A stretch of DNA of 64,000 nt from Spirochaetia bacterium. Lineage in GTDB: Bacteria > Spirochaetota > Spirochaetia > SZUA-6 > Bin103. Each line of letters starts with the position of its first letter. Position 1 is the stretch's first letter. The notes beneath the pieces were generated by a model. It was not told the DNA's origin. It ran no database searches and worked only from the letters and a program-made list of their open reading frames with translations. The stretch is taken from the NCBI GenBank assembly GCA_965203515.1, contig OZ241907.1, positions 2,976,001 through 3,040,000 on the forward strand, given 5' to 3'. The translations under genes and the position numbers were made by a program. This document shows, piece by piece, positions 45,353-55,563 of the stretch.

Positions 45353-48069
45353 TCAGTGCTCGGCTTCCCGGTCCTGCCATCCCCGCGCCAGGGTTCGCGT
45401 CCTGGCGGCGTCGTCCAGTACGCGGGCGCATGACTCCCAGTCGACGGGTCTGACTTCGCGGTAGCGCAGCTCGAAGGGGTGCTGCCGCGGCACGGCGTCG
45501 ATGGTCCGCCGCGCCTGTTCGGCCTGCCCCAGCGCGACCTGTACCCAGACGTCTTCGAGCGTGTCCGGCAACTGGCCGAACAGCCGGGAGATCCATTCCA
45601 GGCGCTCGGACAGCAGCTCGTGCACGCGATCCTCCACCGAGCCGGCGTAGCGCAGGTTGTAGACGTCGACTTCGGAGCGGACCTGCCCGATGCGTTGAAT
45701 GCGCCCCTTGCGTTGTTCGAGGCGGGACGGGTTCCACGGCAGGTCGAGGTTGATCAGCGACCCCAGGCGCTGCAGGTTCAACCCTTCCGAGGCGGCCTCC
45801 GTACCGAGCAGCAGCCGCACTTCGCCGCGGCGCACGGCGTCCTTCAACTCGTCCCGCGGCGCGCGGTCGAAGCGGCCGCCGCGCATCACGCCGGAACGGT
45901 CCGCGCCGGCGTAGATGCCGATCGCTTCGTCCGGCAGCTCGCGCGCGAGCCGGCCGGCAAGCCATCGAACCGAGTCGTAGTACTGGCTGAAGACGATGCA
46001 GCCCCGCTCCAGCCAGCCGTCGTCCACCAGCAGGCGCCGCACCACGGCGAGCTTGGGGTCCAGCTCGCGGTTCGCTTCCAGCGCCTGGGTGAGCCGCAGC
46101 AGCGCGCCGCGTTCCTCATCGGTCAGCGCGCGGAGCCGGTCGGCGCCGGCGGCGCCGTCTTCGTCATCCTCATCGTCATCCCGGTCGCCGGCGCGCGCCG
46201 GCCAGCCGGCGAGCAGCCGGGACGCGGTGAGGCGCCCCGCTTCGATCGTGCTGCCGATGCGGCGCAACAGCATGGTGCGGACGAACCCGGCGGCGGCGCG
46301 CGCCGCGAGCAGCCGGCAGAACTCCTCGGCGCGTTCGTAGGCATCGGCCAGGAACGGCGGCAGCGCGACCGCATCGGCCGCCGCGTCGCCGTGCAGCCGC
46401 ACGCGCACCGGCGTGAGATATGGCTCGCCGGTCTCCGCATCGATGGTCGTTTCGAGATACTCGCGGGTGCGCCGGACGATGCCGCGCAGGTAGGGGTTGT
46501 GGCGCTCCAGGAACCGCCCGAACCCGTCGTCGACACGCTGCCGGTCCGCGGGACGCAATCGGTCGGCCGCGCTGCCCGGCGCATAGGCGTGCTCGTCGGA
46601 CAGCGCCAGCGAGCGGCGCAGAATCTCGAAGTCGGTCCCTTCCGCGCGCGGCGGCAGCGGATTGCGCAGCCAGTCCCACCGCTCGTGGAAGTCGGCCGGC
46701 GGCGGCGCCTTCCCCAGGAGCAGGTCGAGCGACGCCTGCGGCTGCCGCCAACGGCTGCCGGCCGACCCCAGCACCGCGTCCGACCCCTGCGCCAGCGCGT
46801 CCAGCAGGTCGAACGCCTCGATGGGATCGAGCTGCACCGGGGTGGCGGTGGCGAGCAGCATGCTCCTGGTGCGCGGCGAGATGCGCCGCAGAAAGCGCAA
46901 CAGGTTGTTCGCCCGGCCCGCGGCCGGCCCGCCCGCGGCGCGCCGGCCCGGTTGGCGCCGGGCGCGGTGCGCTTCGTCCAGGATCACGCACTCGAAGCGC
47001 AGGGCGGCAAGCCGCTCCACCGCTTCGGAACCGCGCGTGATCAACCCGGTGGAGACGATGCCGATGCGGCGCGGGCAGCGCCGGATCGACTCGTCGCCGG
47101 CGCCGGGATGCTCGACGCCGCGCTCGTCCACCCACTGGCGGCCGTCCCACACCGCCGACGGCACGCCGAGCAGCGTCTGGAGCTCGTCTGCCACTGGCGC
47201 AGTAGCGGCTTGGGGGCGAGCACCAGCACCGGCCGGTCGCCTGCCAGCGCCATGAGCTGCGCCGCCAGCGCCAGTTGCACGGTCTTGCCCAGGCCGACCT
47301 GATCGGCCAGCACGAAGCGCGCGCCGTGCGGGCCGCGGTGCGCGTCGAAGGCCAGCTTCACGAAGTGCTTCTGATGCTCCCAGAGCCCCACCTCCTGGCG
47401 GTAGACCGGCGCTTCGACCACGACCGCGGCGGGATCGGGCGCCTCCCGCCAGTGCTCCACCTCCGCTACCGACTCACGGCGGGAGAGCCGCTCCAGGTCC
47501 CGGATCACGAAGTCGGCGAGCCGCACCGCCGAGGGCGACGACCAGAGCGCGTCGAACTCCTCCTGCACCCACTCCACCGAATCGGGCGAGTCGTCCTCCC
47601 AGATCAGCTCGTAGTTGAGCCGGAACGCCGCCCCGGTTTCGTTCGCGCTGCCGAGGAACGAGACGCGCCGCCCGTCGGCCAGCGTCACCACGCCCGCCTT
47701 GCCGTGGATCAGGCCGAAGGCGTCGTCCGGCAGCACGCGAATCTCGACCGCGCCGGAGCGCAGCCACTCGTAGAGCCGCTTGCAGCGCGGCTTGGCCGCA
47801 GCGCCCAACCGTTCCGGGCGCGAAGCGCACCATTCGCGGCGCATGGCCTGCTGCGCCGCCTTGGCGGCCTCCACGTCCTCCGGCGCGAGCGCCGAGTTGC
47901 AGATCACGCGTACCGGGCCGCGCACGCTCTCCAGCGCCTCCCCGGCGACTTCCAGGATCGACGCGGAGAAGTACCCGGCGATGCGGTCGTAGCTGCGGGC
48001 GCCGGCGAGCCGGGCGTTCAGGAACCCGGCGTCGAGCCGCCGGCGGCGGGACGAGTAGCGCTTCAGCAT
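45353..48069 (-). pseudogene. PLD-nuclease + SNF2 helicase of a DUF499/DUF1156 restriction-like system, with one frameshift near 47188
   Basis: IHGKAG...GSANE (PLD) and LADQVGLGKT in the first frame; LDEAH, ATATP, SEGLNLQ and PWNPSRLEQRKGRIQR in the second. Confidence 0.9.
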
Positions 48070-48082
48070 CGCGGCGCGGCGG

Positions 48083-48751
48083 TCAGGGAGCGGCGGGAAA
48101 CGTCAGGAACGCGTGGTGCAGCTCGATCGACGGCCGCGCCGGCCGGGGATGGCTGCTGCTGCGCGCCCACGCCTCGGCCAGCACCGTGCAGGAGTCCAGG
48201 CATTCGGCGGCGCGACCGCGTTCCGACAGGTACCGGTTGATGCGCCGGATCACGGCGTCGACGCCGCCGGACAACACGTACCCGGCCATGAACGCCACCC
48301 GGTGCCGGCCCGCGTACTTGGCGCTGATGAAGCGGTCGTCGATCCCGTCGACGACGTAGCGCCGGCACAGTGTTGCGTCATTCCCCGCAACCCGCTTGCA
48401 TTCGATTATCGCGTGAGGGTCGTGGGCGTCGTAAACTTCGCGAATCTCTTGGAAGAGGATCGGAATGTCGGTTCGTCCGTCCGGCTTCAAGGCCGCGCTG
48501 GAACGAGACTCGGCGCCGGGGAGAATGGTCATCTTCTTGGCCCATTTGCCGATCTGGTCCTTCAGCGCCCGTCGCATGCCCATGCGCAGGCACTCCGTGA
48601 TCTCGACTTCACCGTCCCGCGCACTGACCATGTCGAGCTGCATCGCATAACCCCAGCCCATACTCAGAATCGACAGCACCGCGATACTGCGCTCAGGCCC
48701 GATGTCGACGAACCTTGGGCCAACATCCTCGGGGAACGAACCAGCAGTCAC
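48083..48751 (-). CDS. Putative PD-(D/E)XK nuclease partner of the N6-MTase
   Basis: GRTDI...IIECKRV...YVVDGI.RF...Y...MAGYV. GTGA overlap with the MTase stop. Confidence 0.7.
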   Translation of the reverse strand: MTAGSFPEDVGPRFVDIGPERSIAVLSILSMGWGYAMQLDMVSARDGEVEITECLRMGMRRALKDQIGKWAKKMTILPGAESRSSAALKPDGRTDIPILFQEIREVYDAHDPHAIIECKRVAGNDATLCRRYVVDGIDDRFISAKYAGRHRVAFMAGYVLSGGVDAVIRRINRYLSERGRAAECLDSCTVLAEAWARSSSHPRPARPSIELHHAFLTFPAAP

Positions 48752-51669
48752 GACCGGCTTGTGTATACGCTGGCGCTCACTACACCATCAGCATCTTCCA
48801 GCGCGTGAACGGGCAACCAGTTGCGGCGCGCCGCCGGTTTGATGATCGTCACCTCGTCCTCGGCATGGACGCGCAGGTGGCGGAGTCCAACCAGTTCCTT
48901 GCTGATTTGCACGCTGGTCCGTTCGCCGATCCGGGCCAGGACCTCGCTCAATTCCCCCTTCGGGGTGATGACCTTGATCTCTTCCGACGGACCCGGCCCC
49001 TCCTCCAGTATGAAACGGATGACCCGAAGCGGCGCGTCGTCCGGCAATCGATAAATCTCGGCCCGCAGGTGTCTGCGTTTCCCGGCGGACAGCCAGGCGT
49101 CCATCGTCCACAGGAACGCGCCCGCATACGCCCGCAGGTCGGCCTCATCGGCTGGGGCGACCGAGTGCAGCTTTCCCGCCTGCCACTGCCAGCTTGCCCG
49201 ATACAGCCCGTCCCGTACGACGATGCGATCCTCGTCGTCCAACCCATACAGATCGAATACCGCGTCGTCGAGCGACCGCCAATCGCCGTCATCCGGGGCC
49301 TGACGATGGAAGTGACGTACCAGCCGTATGACACGCTTCCCGGCTGCGGAGTCCAGGGACTTCTCAAGATTGGGAGTCGGCAAGGCATCCAGGTCCGCTC
49401 TCATCACTCGACGCATCCATATTCCGAACGCCGATCCAGCCATCAGACAGTACCAAGTCGCCATCGCCGATCCAAGGATTCCCGCCAGAAGGTACGCGAA
49501 TTCGAGATTGTCGTCGCCGAACGACACTCCAAAGCAGGCGTCCGTGTATACCGTATCCCGCTCCGTGACCGCCACGACCGGACGTGGATGTCCTTGCACC
49601 AAGAACTCCTTGATGAGTACGAGCGGAGCACGATACACCGCCAGCGCTCGTGGGCGCTCGGCCCGGGAGTGGTCGAAAGCAGGACGCTCTCCGCCCATGC
49701 TGTAGTGGCCAATGGTCCCCGGCCCTGCGAATGGCAGTCCATTGAGGGAGGTGGCGTCTCGCGAGCGATTTCCGAACTTCAAACCGGCTCGCAACCCTGT
49801 ACCGAGCGCGGCAAGCTGGTTCTTGAGCGGCTGAGTGTTGTCCCACAGATCGTCGAGCAACAGCAGGTCGTGGCGGTTGCCGTGGAACGCCGCCTTGAAC
49901 AATGCCGGGTTGCGCTTCCAACTGGCCAGGGGAAGCGTCGTGACGTCGCTTGGCGCGATTTCGATGGTATGGCTGCGCTCACCGGCCGGCGACCAGCGGG
50001 CCTGCACCAGCGTCATCCGGTCCGGTTGCCGGTCGTCATGACGCGACAGCACCGCCATGGCCGGCATGTCGGCCCGCGGAAACAGCCACTTCGACAGATC
50101 CGACAGGTTTACCAGCGTCAAGGGGCCGAGCGACTCGACCAGGCTCTGCGCGGCCGCCAGACCGGTAGCGCTCCGGCTGAAGAACGGCGTGGCGCTCACG
50201 ATCATGCCGAATCTGGTCCGGTCGTGGGCAAGCTCCATGGCGCGCCGCACGAAGTCCAGGCTCTGGCCGCGCGGCGACCGAGGCACGTCCGGAGCGCGCC
50301 GGCGGCGCGCGACGGTACCCGCCCGTCCCTGATGGCTCCACGGCGGATTGCCGACGATCACGTCGAACTTGGCCGGTCCCAGGTCGACGTCGAATGCATC
50401 GCCGGCCCTCAGCGTGCGGCCTGTCAGCGGCTCGAACCTGACGCCGTCGGCGGCGCGCGGATCGGGATCGAGCTCCAAGGCCGCCAGATAGAGGCTGAAC
50501 GCGGCGATGCTCACCGCCTCGGCGCTGAGGTCCACGCCGTATATCTGTTCGTGCAGCGTCCGGCGGATCGCCTCACGGGTCGGGACGCCGCCGTTGCACT
50601 TGAGATACACCAGCCGGCGCAGCGCCTCGACCAGAAAGACGCCGGAACCGCAGGTCAGGTCGAGGACCCGTTCGATTCCGGTGAGGCCGGCGAACACTTC
50701 GTCCAATACCAGGGAAACGGCGGCGAGCGGCGTATAGTGCACGTCGGCCTGCTGTTCCGTCGGCCCGGCGGAGTGGACGAATTGCTCGTATATGGCGCTG
50801 ATCAGCTCCACCGGTATGACGTCGAAGCGGTAGGGAAACAGGGACTGTTGGCCGGTTGCCGGGTCGGTCGCCGTGAGGAAGTGGCGCACGCGGCCGAGAT
50901 GCTTGGCGGAGGGAACCGGCGCCCCTTCCGGAAACATGTCGCCGTTGAAGGTGTCGCGCAGCCAGTCGAACAACCGCGCGGTTGCCGCGCGATCCTGCAG
51001 CACGCTTGGAAACTCGCCGTTCCCGCTGATCCGCTCCAACCGCTCCTCGTCCACGATCCGCCGGTCGATCAGGTACTGGGTGAAGATCGATCGGCCGATG
51101 AGCGCCTGCGCCTCCCCGCCGGCAAGTCCGGAATTCTCCAGGTCGCTTTTGAGCGCGGCAAGATCGTCGAGCAACCGGCGGTCGACCGCCGACGCGCGGT
51201 CTATCGCCGGCCGCTGCCGCCAGAACTGTCCGGTCTCCATGCGCAGCCGTCCGGCCAACCGGTCGAGCCGCGCCAGCTCATGGTCTACGAAGCGAAAGGT
51301 GTCGAGACGGTTCTCCTCGGCGTCGGCGGACCGCCGGGGCAGGCCGAAGCCGTTGTAGAGGTCGATGCGGTCCGGGGAGACCAGCCACAGCAGCGGGCAG
51401 AAGCCCTGGTTCCAGACCTCCTGCTGCCATTCCGCCACCGGCGCGGCGTCCGGTTCGGCGACAAACTTGAAGTAGACCTTGAGATCGGCGCTGCCGTGCT
51501 GGATGGTCGCGTACGGATTGCTCCGCCACCACGCGTCGGGGGCGAACGACGGAGGGCGCGCCAGATCGCCGGCGCCGGCCAGGCGGACGCTGGCCGCCGC
51601 CGGCGCGCCGGCGTTCAGGTAGCCGGTCCGTTCCAGCACGTGGCGCAGGGGGGCGGCCAGCTCAGACAT
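48748..51669 (-). CDS. N-6 DNA methyltransferase (973 aa, type IIG/Eco57I-like architecture)
   Basis: IPVELISAIYE, HYTP, motif I VLDLTCGSGVFL, motif IV GNPPW, C-terminal TRD-like region. Confidence 0.9.
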   Translation of the reverse strand: MSELAAPLRHVLERTGYLNAGAPAAASVRLAGAGDLARPPSFAPDAWWRSNPYATIQHGSADLKVYFKFVAEPDAAPVAEWQQEVWNQGFCPLLWLVSPDRIDLYNGFGLPRRSADAEENRLDTFRFVDHELARLDRLAGRLRMETGQFWRQRPAIDRASAVDRRLLDDLAALKSDLENSGLAGGEAQALIGRSIFTQYLIDRRIVDEERLERISGNGEFPSVLQDRAATARLFDWLRDTFNGDMFPEGAPVPSAKHLGRVRHFLTATDPATGQQSLFPYRFDVIPVELISAIYEQFVHSAGPTEQQADVHYTPLAAVSLVLDEVFAGLTGIERVLDLTCGSGVFLVEALRRLVYLKCNGGVPTREAIRRTLHEQIYGVDLSAEAVSIAAFSLYLAALELDPDPRAADGVRFEPLTGRTLRAGDAFDVDLGPAKFDVIVGNPPWSHQGRAGTVARRRRAPDVPRSPRGQSLDFVRRAMELAHDRTRFGMIVSATPFFSRSATGLAAAQSLVESLGPLTLVNLSDLSKWLFPRADMPAMAVLSRHDDRQPDRMTLVQARWSPAGERSHTIEIAPSDVTTLPLASWKRNPALFKAAFHGNRHDLLLLDDLWDNTQPLKNQLAALGTGLRAGLKFGNRSRDATSLNGLPFAGPGTIGHYSMGGERPAFDHSRAERPRALAVYRAPLVLIKEFLVQGHPRPVVAVTERDTVYTDACFGVSFGDDNLEFAYLLAGILGSAMATWYCLMAGSAFGIWMRRVMRADLDALPTPNLEKSLDSAAGKRVIRLVRHFHRQAPDDGDWRSLDDAVFDLYGLDDEDRIVVRDGLYRASWQWQAGKLHSVAPADEADLRAYAGAFLWTMDAWLSAGKRRHLRAEIYRLPDDAPLRVIRFILEEGPGPSEEIKVITPKGELSEVLARIGERTSVQISKELVGLRHLRVHAEDEVTIIKPAARRNWLPVHALEDADGVVSASVYTSRS

Positions 51670-54600
51670 GATCGTTTTCCACGGCGCCGGCCAGCCGGCG
51701 GGCGGCGGCCGCGTCCGCGCGCCAGTGATCGATGGCGAGCGCTGCCAGCCAGCGCAGGAGGGCGGCCAGCGCCGCGCGCTGCGGCCAGTAGTCGGCGAGC
51801 TCCGTATGCAGCCAGGTCAGGCTGTCGGTCACCTCGCCGGTCGCCGCGGCGCGCCACACGGCGTAGAGGGCGTGCCGCAGCAGGCCGGCGCCGGCCAGGT
51901 CGGCGCGCTGCAGCTCGGAGGCGGTCTTGAGCCGGGTCCGGTTGGCGGCGCCGGCGTGCAGCAGGCGGACGTAGTCGGTCACGCCCAGGCCGCGCGCGAA
52001 CTCCTGATAGACGCCGGCGCGGAAGTCGCCGTGCGCTTCGACCTCCAGCCCCTTGAGGTAGAACTTCTCCTCCGGCGCCAGGCCGCGCCACACGTGCGCC
52101 GGCAGGCCGGCGGGCACCAGGAAGTTGCTGGCCGTGCGCACCGCGTCTTCGATGATCCCGGCGAGCGGGTTGGCCTCGCCGCGGCGGCGCTCGCGCGCCA
52201 GCTCGTAGGCGGCGTCCACCTCTTCGATGGCGCGGTAGCCGGTCAACACGCGCAACGCCGCAGCATAGGCGGCGAGCTGGTAGTCGGCATCGGAGAAGTT
52301 GGGCGCGTCGCGGTCGTCCAGATCGTGCATCGAGGCGAGCTGGCGCTCGACTTCGACTTCCACTTCCGGCACCACTTCGTGCAGGAACGCGGTGTCGCCC
52401 CCGGTCTGCTTGCGCAGCACCATGAGCACGGTCCCCTGCACGTAGTTGCCTTCCTTCACGCCGAACGGAGTCTCCGTACCGATGGTCCAGGCGGCGGTTA
52501 CCCGCAACCCGGCAGCCCACAGTATCAACGTCAAATCCGCCCAGATTGCGGCGTCCTGATGCGTAAACATGACGATCTGCAGTCCGTCATCCGGCATCCG
52601 CGCAGCGAGGTTGCGATAGCTGTCCACCATGGCGCTGCGGAACGCTCCTCCGGTGCCCTGTACGGCGAGCGCGCGCTTGCTGTCGGCGTACCAGTCCGGG
52701 AACAGCCGCGGAAGTGTCTTCCCGTACCAGGCGAGAAAGAACTCGGACAACTCATGATAGTTGATCGCGTCGGCATAGGGCGGGTCCGTGATCCAGATAT
52801 CCGCGGCGCGGTCGACGGCGCGCACGTCTGTCGCGGAAACGGCAGCCGTTCCGTCAAGATGAGTCGTACGGCAATTCAAGAACCACGAGTCTGACAAGGT
52901 AACGTGTCCACGACTGCCGAACGTTGCCAGCGTGTTCAGCGCCTGGTTGCTGAATGTCTGTATGACCTTTTCGTGAGCGCTGTCCGTCCACCACCGCGAC
53001 AGCTTGCTGTTCCAGTCGGCGCAGCGGGCGGCGCCGAGCAGCATGGCGGCGCGTTCGGGCAGCGCGGCGGCGGTCTCGATCTGCTTGAGCAGCAGCCCGT
53101 TGGTGAGCAGTTGCCGGGGCGTGAACAGGTGGTGCCAGTGGGTCCACCCGCGTTCCCGAATCAGGCGGGTGGTCTCGTCTCCCGGCGCAATCGCCCGGTC
53201 GGGCAGGAACCCCCGGCGCTGCCAGTCGGGCAGGTTCTCGCTCACCAGGGCGAGCGCGTGATCCTCCCGCTCCAGGTCGTCATCGCGCACTTCGCGGTAG
53301 ACCGCGGCCGGCACCGCGGCGGTCAGCGCGGCTGCCAGCGCCTCGCGCCGGTTGCGCGCCGCTTCGAGGTCGCGTACGCGGCGCCGCCGCGGTTCCAGAG
53401 AGCCGGCCGCCGCACTGCCGCGCGCGGCCTCAAGCTCGCGCCGCGCGGCGTCGAGCGCGGCATCCTCGGCCGGCCAGTCGCGCCCGCGCAAGCCGGCCAG
53501 CTCGCGCCGGCCGCCGGCATCGAGGAACTCGCTCAGCGCCCCGATCGCGCGGTCCGGCGGCACCCACGCCGGCAGCGGCGCCGGCGCCTCCCCCCGCTCC
53601 TGTTCGGCCCGCAAGAGCGCGTCCAGGCGCGGCAGCCGCCAGCGCACGCAATAGAGCCGCTCCCGGAACACGTCGTCGGGCCGCTGGGTCAGGTCCGCGC
53701 TTTCCCAGCGGCGCAGCCCGTAGCCGCGGCCGTCCGCGCCGCGGCGGTCGCCGCGGATCGCCGCCATGGGGCTGGACGCCCCGCAGCCGAGGTTGGGACA
53801 GACGAGCCGCGACTGCCGCGTGGTGCCGGCGCGCGCGGCGGCCAGGGCGGCGGCGGTCACGCCGGAACGGATGCGGATGGCGAATCGCCGCCGCGCCGGT
53901 TGCGGCTCCAGCTCGGCCACGGTGCGGGTCTTCTGCCCCAGCACCCAGCTCGGCGCCAGCGGCACCATCCAGCCGCACTCCGGGCAGCGGGTCTCCGTGC
54001 AATAGAGAAAGGCATCGGCGCGCCAGCCGGCCGCGTTATGTTCGATGCGCCATTCCGTGAGCTGCCGATCGACCGCGCGAAAGGCGCGTTCCTGCGCGCC
54101 GCGCACGGCCGCGGCCGTTGCCTCGCCGCCGCCGACCAGGTGGAGCGCGCCCCAGGTGAGCAGCGCCGCCACCGGGTTCAGGTCGGAGCCGTAGGCGTCG
54201 CAGCCGATGCGGGCCGCCTCGAACGGCACGCTGCCGCCGCCGCAGAAGGCGTCGCCCACGCGCGGGACGCGGCCGAACCGGCGCCGGCCCAGCTCGCGCA
54301 CCAGCTCGGCAAGGCTGGCGGCGGCGGTGCCGAGGTGGGCGTTGATCGTCTCCCAGGCGGCGGCGCAAGGGCCGTCCACCTGCTCGGGACGAGCGCAGTA
54401 CGCCAGCTTCTCGTCGTAGCTCAGCCGGTCGAAGACCAGCAGTTGCAGCCGCTGCCGTTGGCCGGCGGCGGTTCCCGGCTTGAGCCGGAGCCGCCGCGGC
54501 CCCGCCGCGGCGTCGAACCAAGCGCGGCGCTCACCGGCGTCGAGCCGCCGGTGCACCTCCGGCAACGGGATGGCGCGGTTCTTGCGCCGCCGCAGTCCGG

Positions 54601-54910
54601 CGGCGTCCATGGTGAGCAGCGCCAGAAAGACCTCCCGATCGCGGCGCGGGTCGCCGGACGCCGGCAGCAGCAGGCCCAGCAGCACCGCGCGCACCAGGAT
54701 CAACGGCTTGCGGCCCCACCACTTGCCCAGGCCGGTCAGCGTCTGGCTGTAGTTGGCCTTGCGCTCCTTGTAGCTCTCCTTGGACAGCAGCGAGACCGGG
54801 AACTGGGTCTCGATGAAGCTGGGCCAAGCGGCCGGCGCGGGCGCGGGCGCGCCGGAGCAGGCCGCGCGGTGCGCGGCGCCGTTCGACTGCGGCCGCGGGC
54901 CGGCGCTCAC
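51662..54910 (-). CDS. DUF1156 adenine-specific DNA methyltransferase
   Basis: SFIETQFPVSLLSKESYKERKA...GLGKWWGRKPL, DAFCGGGSVPFEA, Zn knuckle CPEC, TDPPY. Confidence 0.92.
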   Translation of the reverse strand: MSAGPRPQSNGAAHRAACSGAPAPAPAAWPSFIETQFPVSLLSKESYKERKANYSQTLTGLGKWWGRKPLILVRAVLLGLLLPASGDPRRDREVFLALLTMDAAGLRRRKNRAIPLPEVHRRLDAGERRAWFDAAAGPRRLRLKPGTAAGQRQRLQLLVFDRLSYDEKLAYCARPEQVDGPCAAAWETINAHLGTAAASLAELVRELGRRRFGRVPRVGDAFCGGGSVPFEAARIGCDAYGSDLNPVAALLTWGALHLVGGGEATAAAVRGAQERAFRAVDRQLTEWRIEHNAAGWRADAFLYCTETRCPECGWMVPLAPSWVLGQKTRTVAELEPQPARRRFAIRIRSGVTAAALAAARAGTTRQSRLVCPNLGCGASSPMAAIRGDRRGADGRGYGLRRWESADLTQRPDDVFRERLYCVRWRLPRLDALLRAEQERGEAPAPLPAWVPPDRAIGALSEFLDAGGRRELAGLRGRDWPAEDAALDAARRELEAARGSAAAGSLEPRRRRVRDLEAARNRREALAAALTAAVPAAVYREVRDDDLEREDHALALVSENLPDWQRRGFLPDRAIAPGDETTRLIRERGWTHWHHLFTPRQLLTNGLLLKQIETAAALPERAAMLLGAARCADWNSKLSRWWTDSAHEKVIQTFSNQALNTLATFGSRGHVTLSDSWFLNCRTTHLDGTAAVSATDVRAVDRAADIWITDPPYADAINYHELSEFFLAWYGKTLPRLFPDWYADSKRALAVQGTGGAFRSAMVDSYRNLAARMPDDGLQIVMFTHQDAAIWADLTLILWAAGLRVTAAWTIGTETPFGVKEGNYVQGTVLMVLRKQTGGDTAFLHEVVPEVEVEVERQLASMHDLDDRDAPNFSDADYQLAAYAAALRVLTGYRAIEEVDAAYELARERRRGEANPLAGIIEDAVRTASNFLVPAGLPAHVWRGLAPEEKFYLKGLEVEAHGDFRAGVYQEFARGLGVTDYVRLLHAGAANRTRLKTASELQRADLAGAGLLRHALYAVWRAAATGEVTDSLTWLHTELADYWPQRAALAALLRWLAALAIDHWRADAAAARRLAGAVENDHV

Positions 54911-55563
54911 GGCGCCGCGGCGGATGCCGTTCGCCTGCGGCCGTTGGCGCGGCCGTCGTGGTGGTCATGGTCGTCATGGTCGGCGGCCACCAACCGGAAC
55001 AGGTCCGCCTCGCGCTCGCGGCCGCCGGCGGCGACCGGGTTCTCGGTCAGGGCGTAGCGCACCGCCTTGCGCCAGCCCCGGTTGCGGCCGTGGAGCGCGT
55101 GCCCGGTGGCCGCGTTGGTCATGGTGTACAACCACCAGCGCTCTTCCGGCGCCAGGCCGGACCAGTTGCGGATGGCGGTGGGGATCAGGGCCGGGTCGGC
55201 GTCCTCCACTGCCCAGGCCAGCAGCGTCAACTCCTTGCCGAGCAGCCGCATGACCGGATTGTCGCCCCGCTTCCAGCGCCCGGCCGGCAGGCCGTGCTTC
55301 TTCAGCCGGCGGTTGAACTCGACGCGCGCCGCGTCCGCGATCGCGTCCCACTTGCTGCGCGCCAGCGCGACGCGGAGCTTGCCGTCCTGCAGGCCCACGC
55401 CGAGCGACGCCGGCGCGTAGCCGCCGTTCGCCGCGAAGCTCAGGTGCTCGGCGATCAGCACCTCCTCGCGCCGGCGGGCCGGCACCGTCACCAGGAAGTG
55501 ATGTTCCGACGCTTCGGGCCGGAAGCCGAATCCCCGCGCCGCGCCGCGCGGTGGTGCGCTCAT
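54907..55563 (-). CDS. DUF3780 protein
   Basis: GFGF, FNRRLK, LLGKELTLLAWAVE, NWSGLAPEERWWLY, GWRKA. Confidence 0.92.
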   Translation of the reverse strand: MSAPPRGAARGFGFRPEASEHHFLVTVPARRREEVLIAEHLSFAANGGYAPASLGVGLQDGKLRVALARSKWDAIADAARVEFNRRLKKHGLPAGRWKRGDNPVMRLLGKELTLLAWAVEDADPALIPTAIRNWSGLAPEERWWLYTMTNAATGHALHGRNRGWRKAVRYALTENPVAAGGREREADLFRLVAADHDDHDHHDGRANGRRRTASAAAP

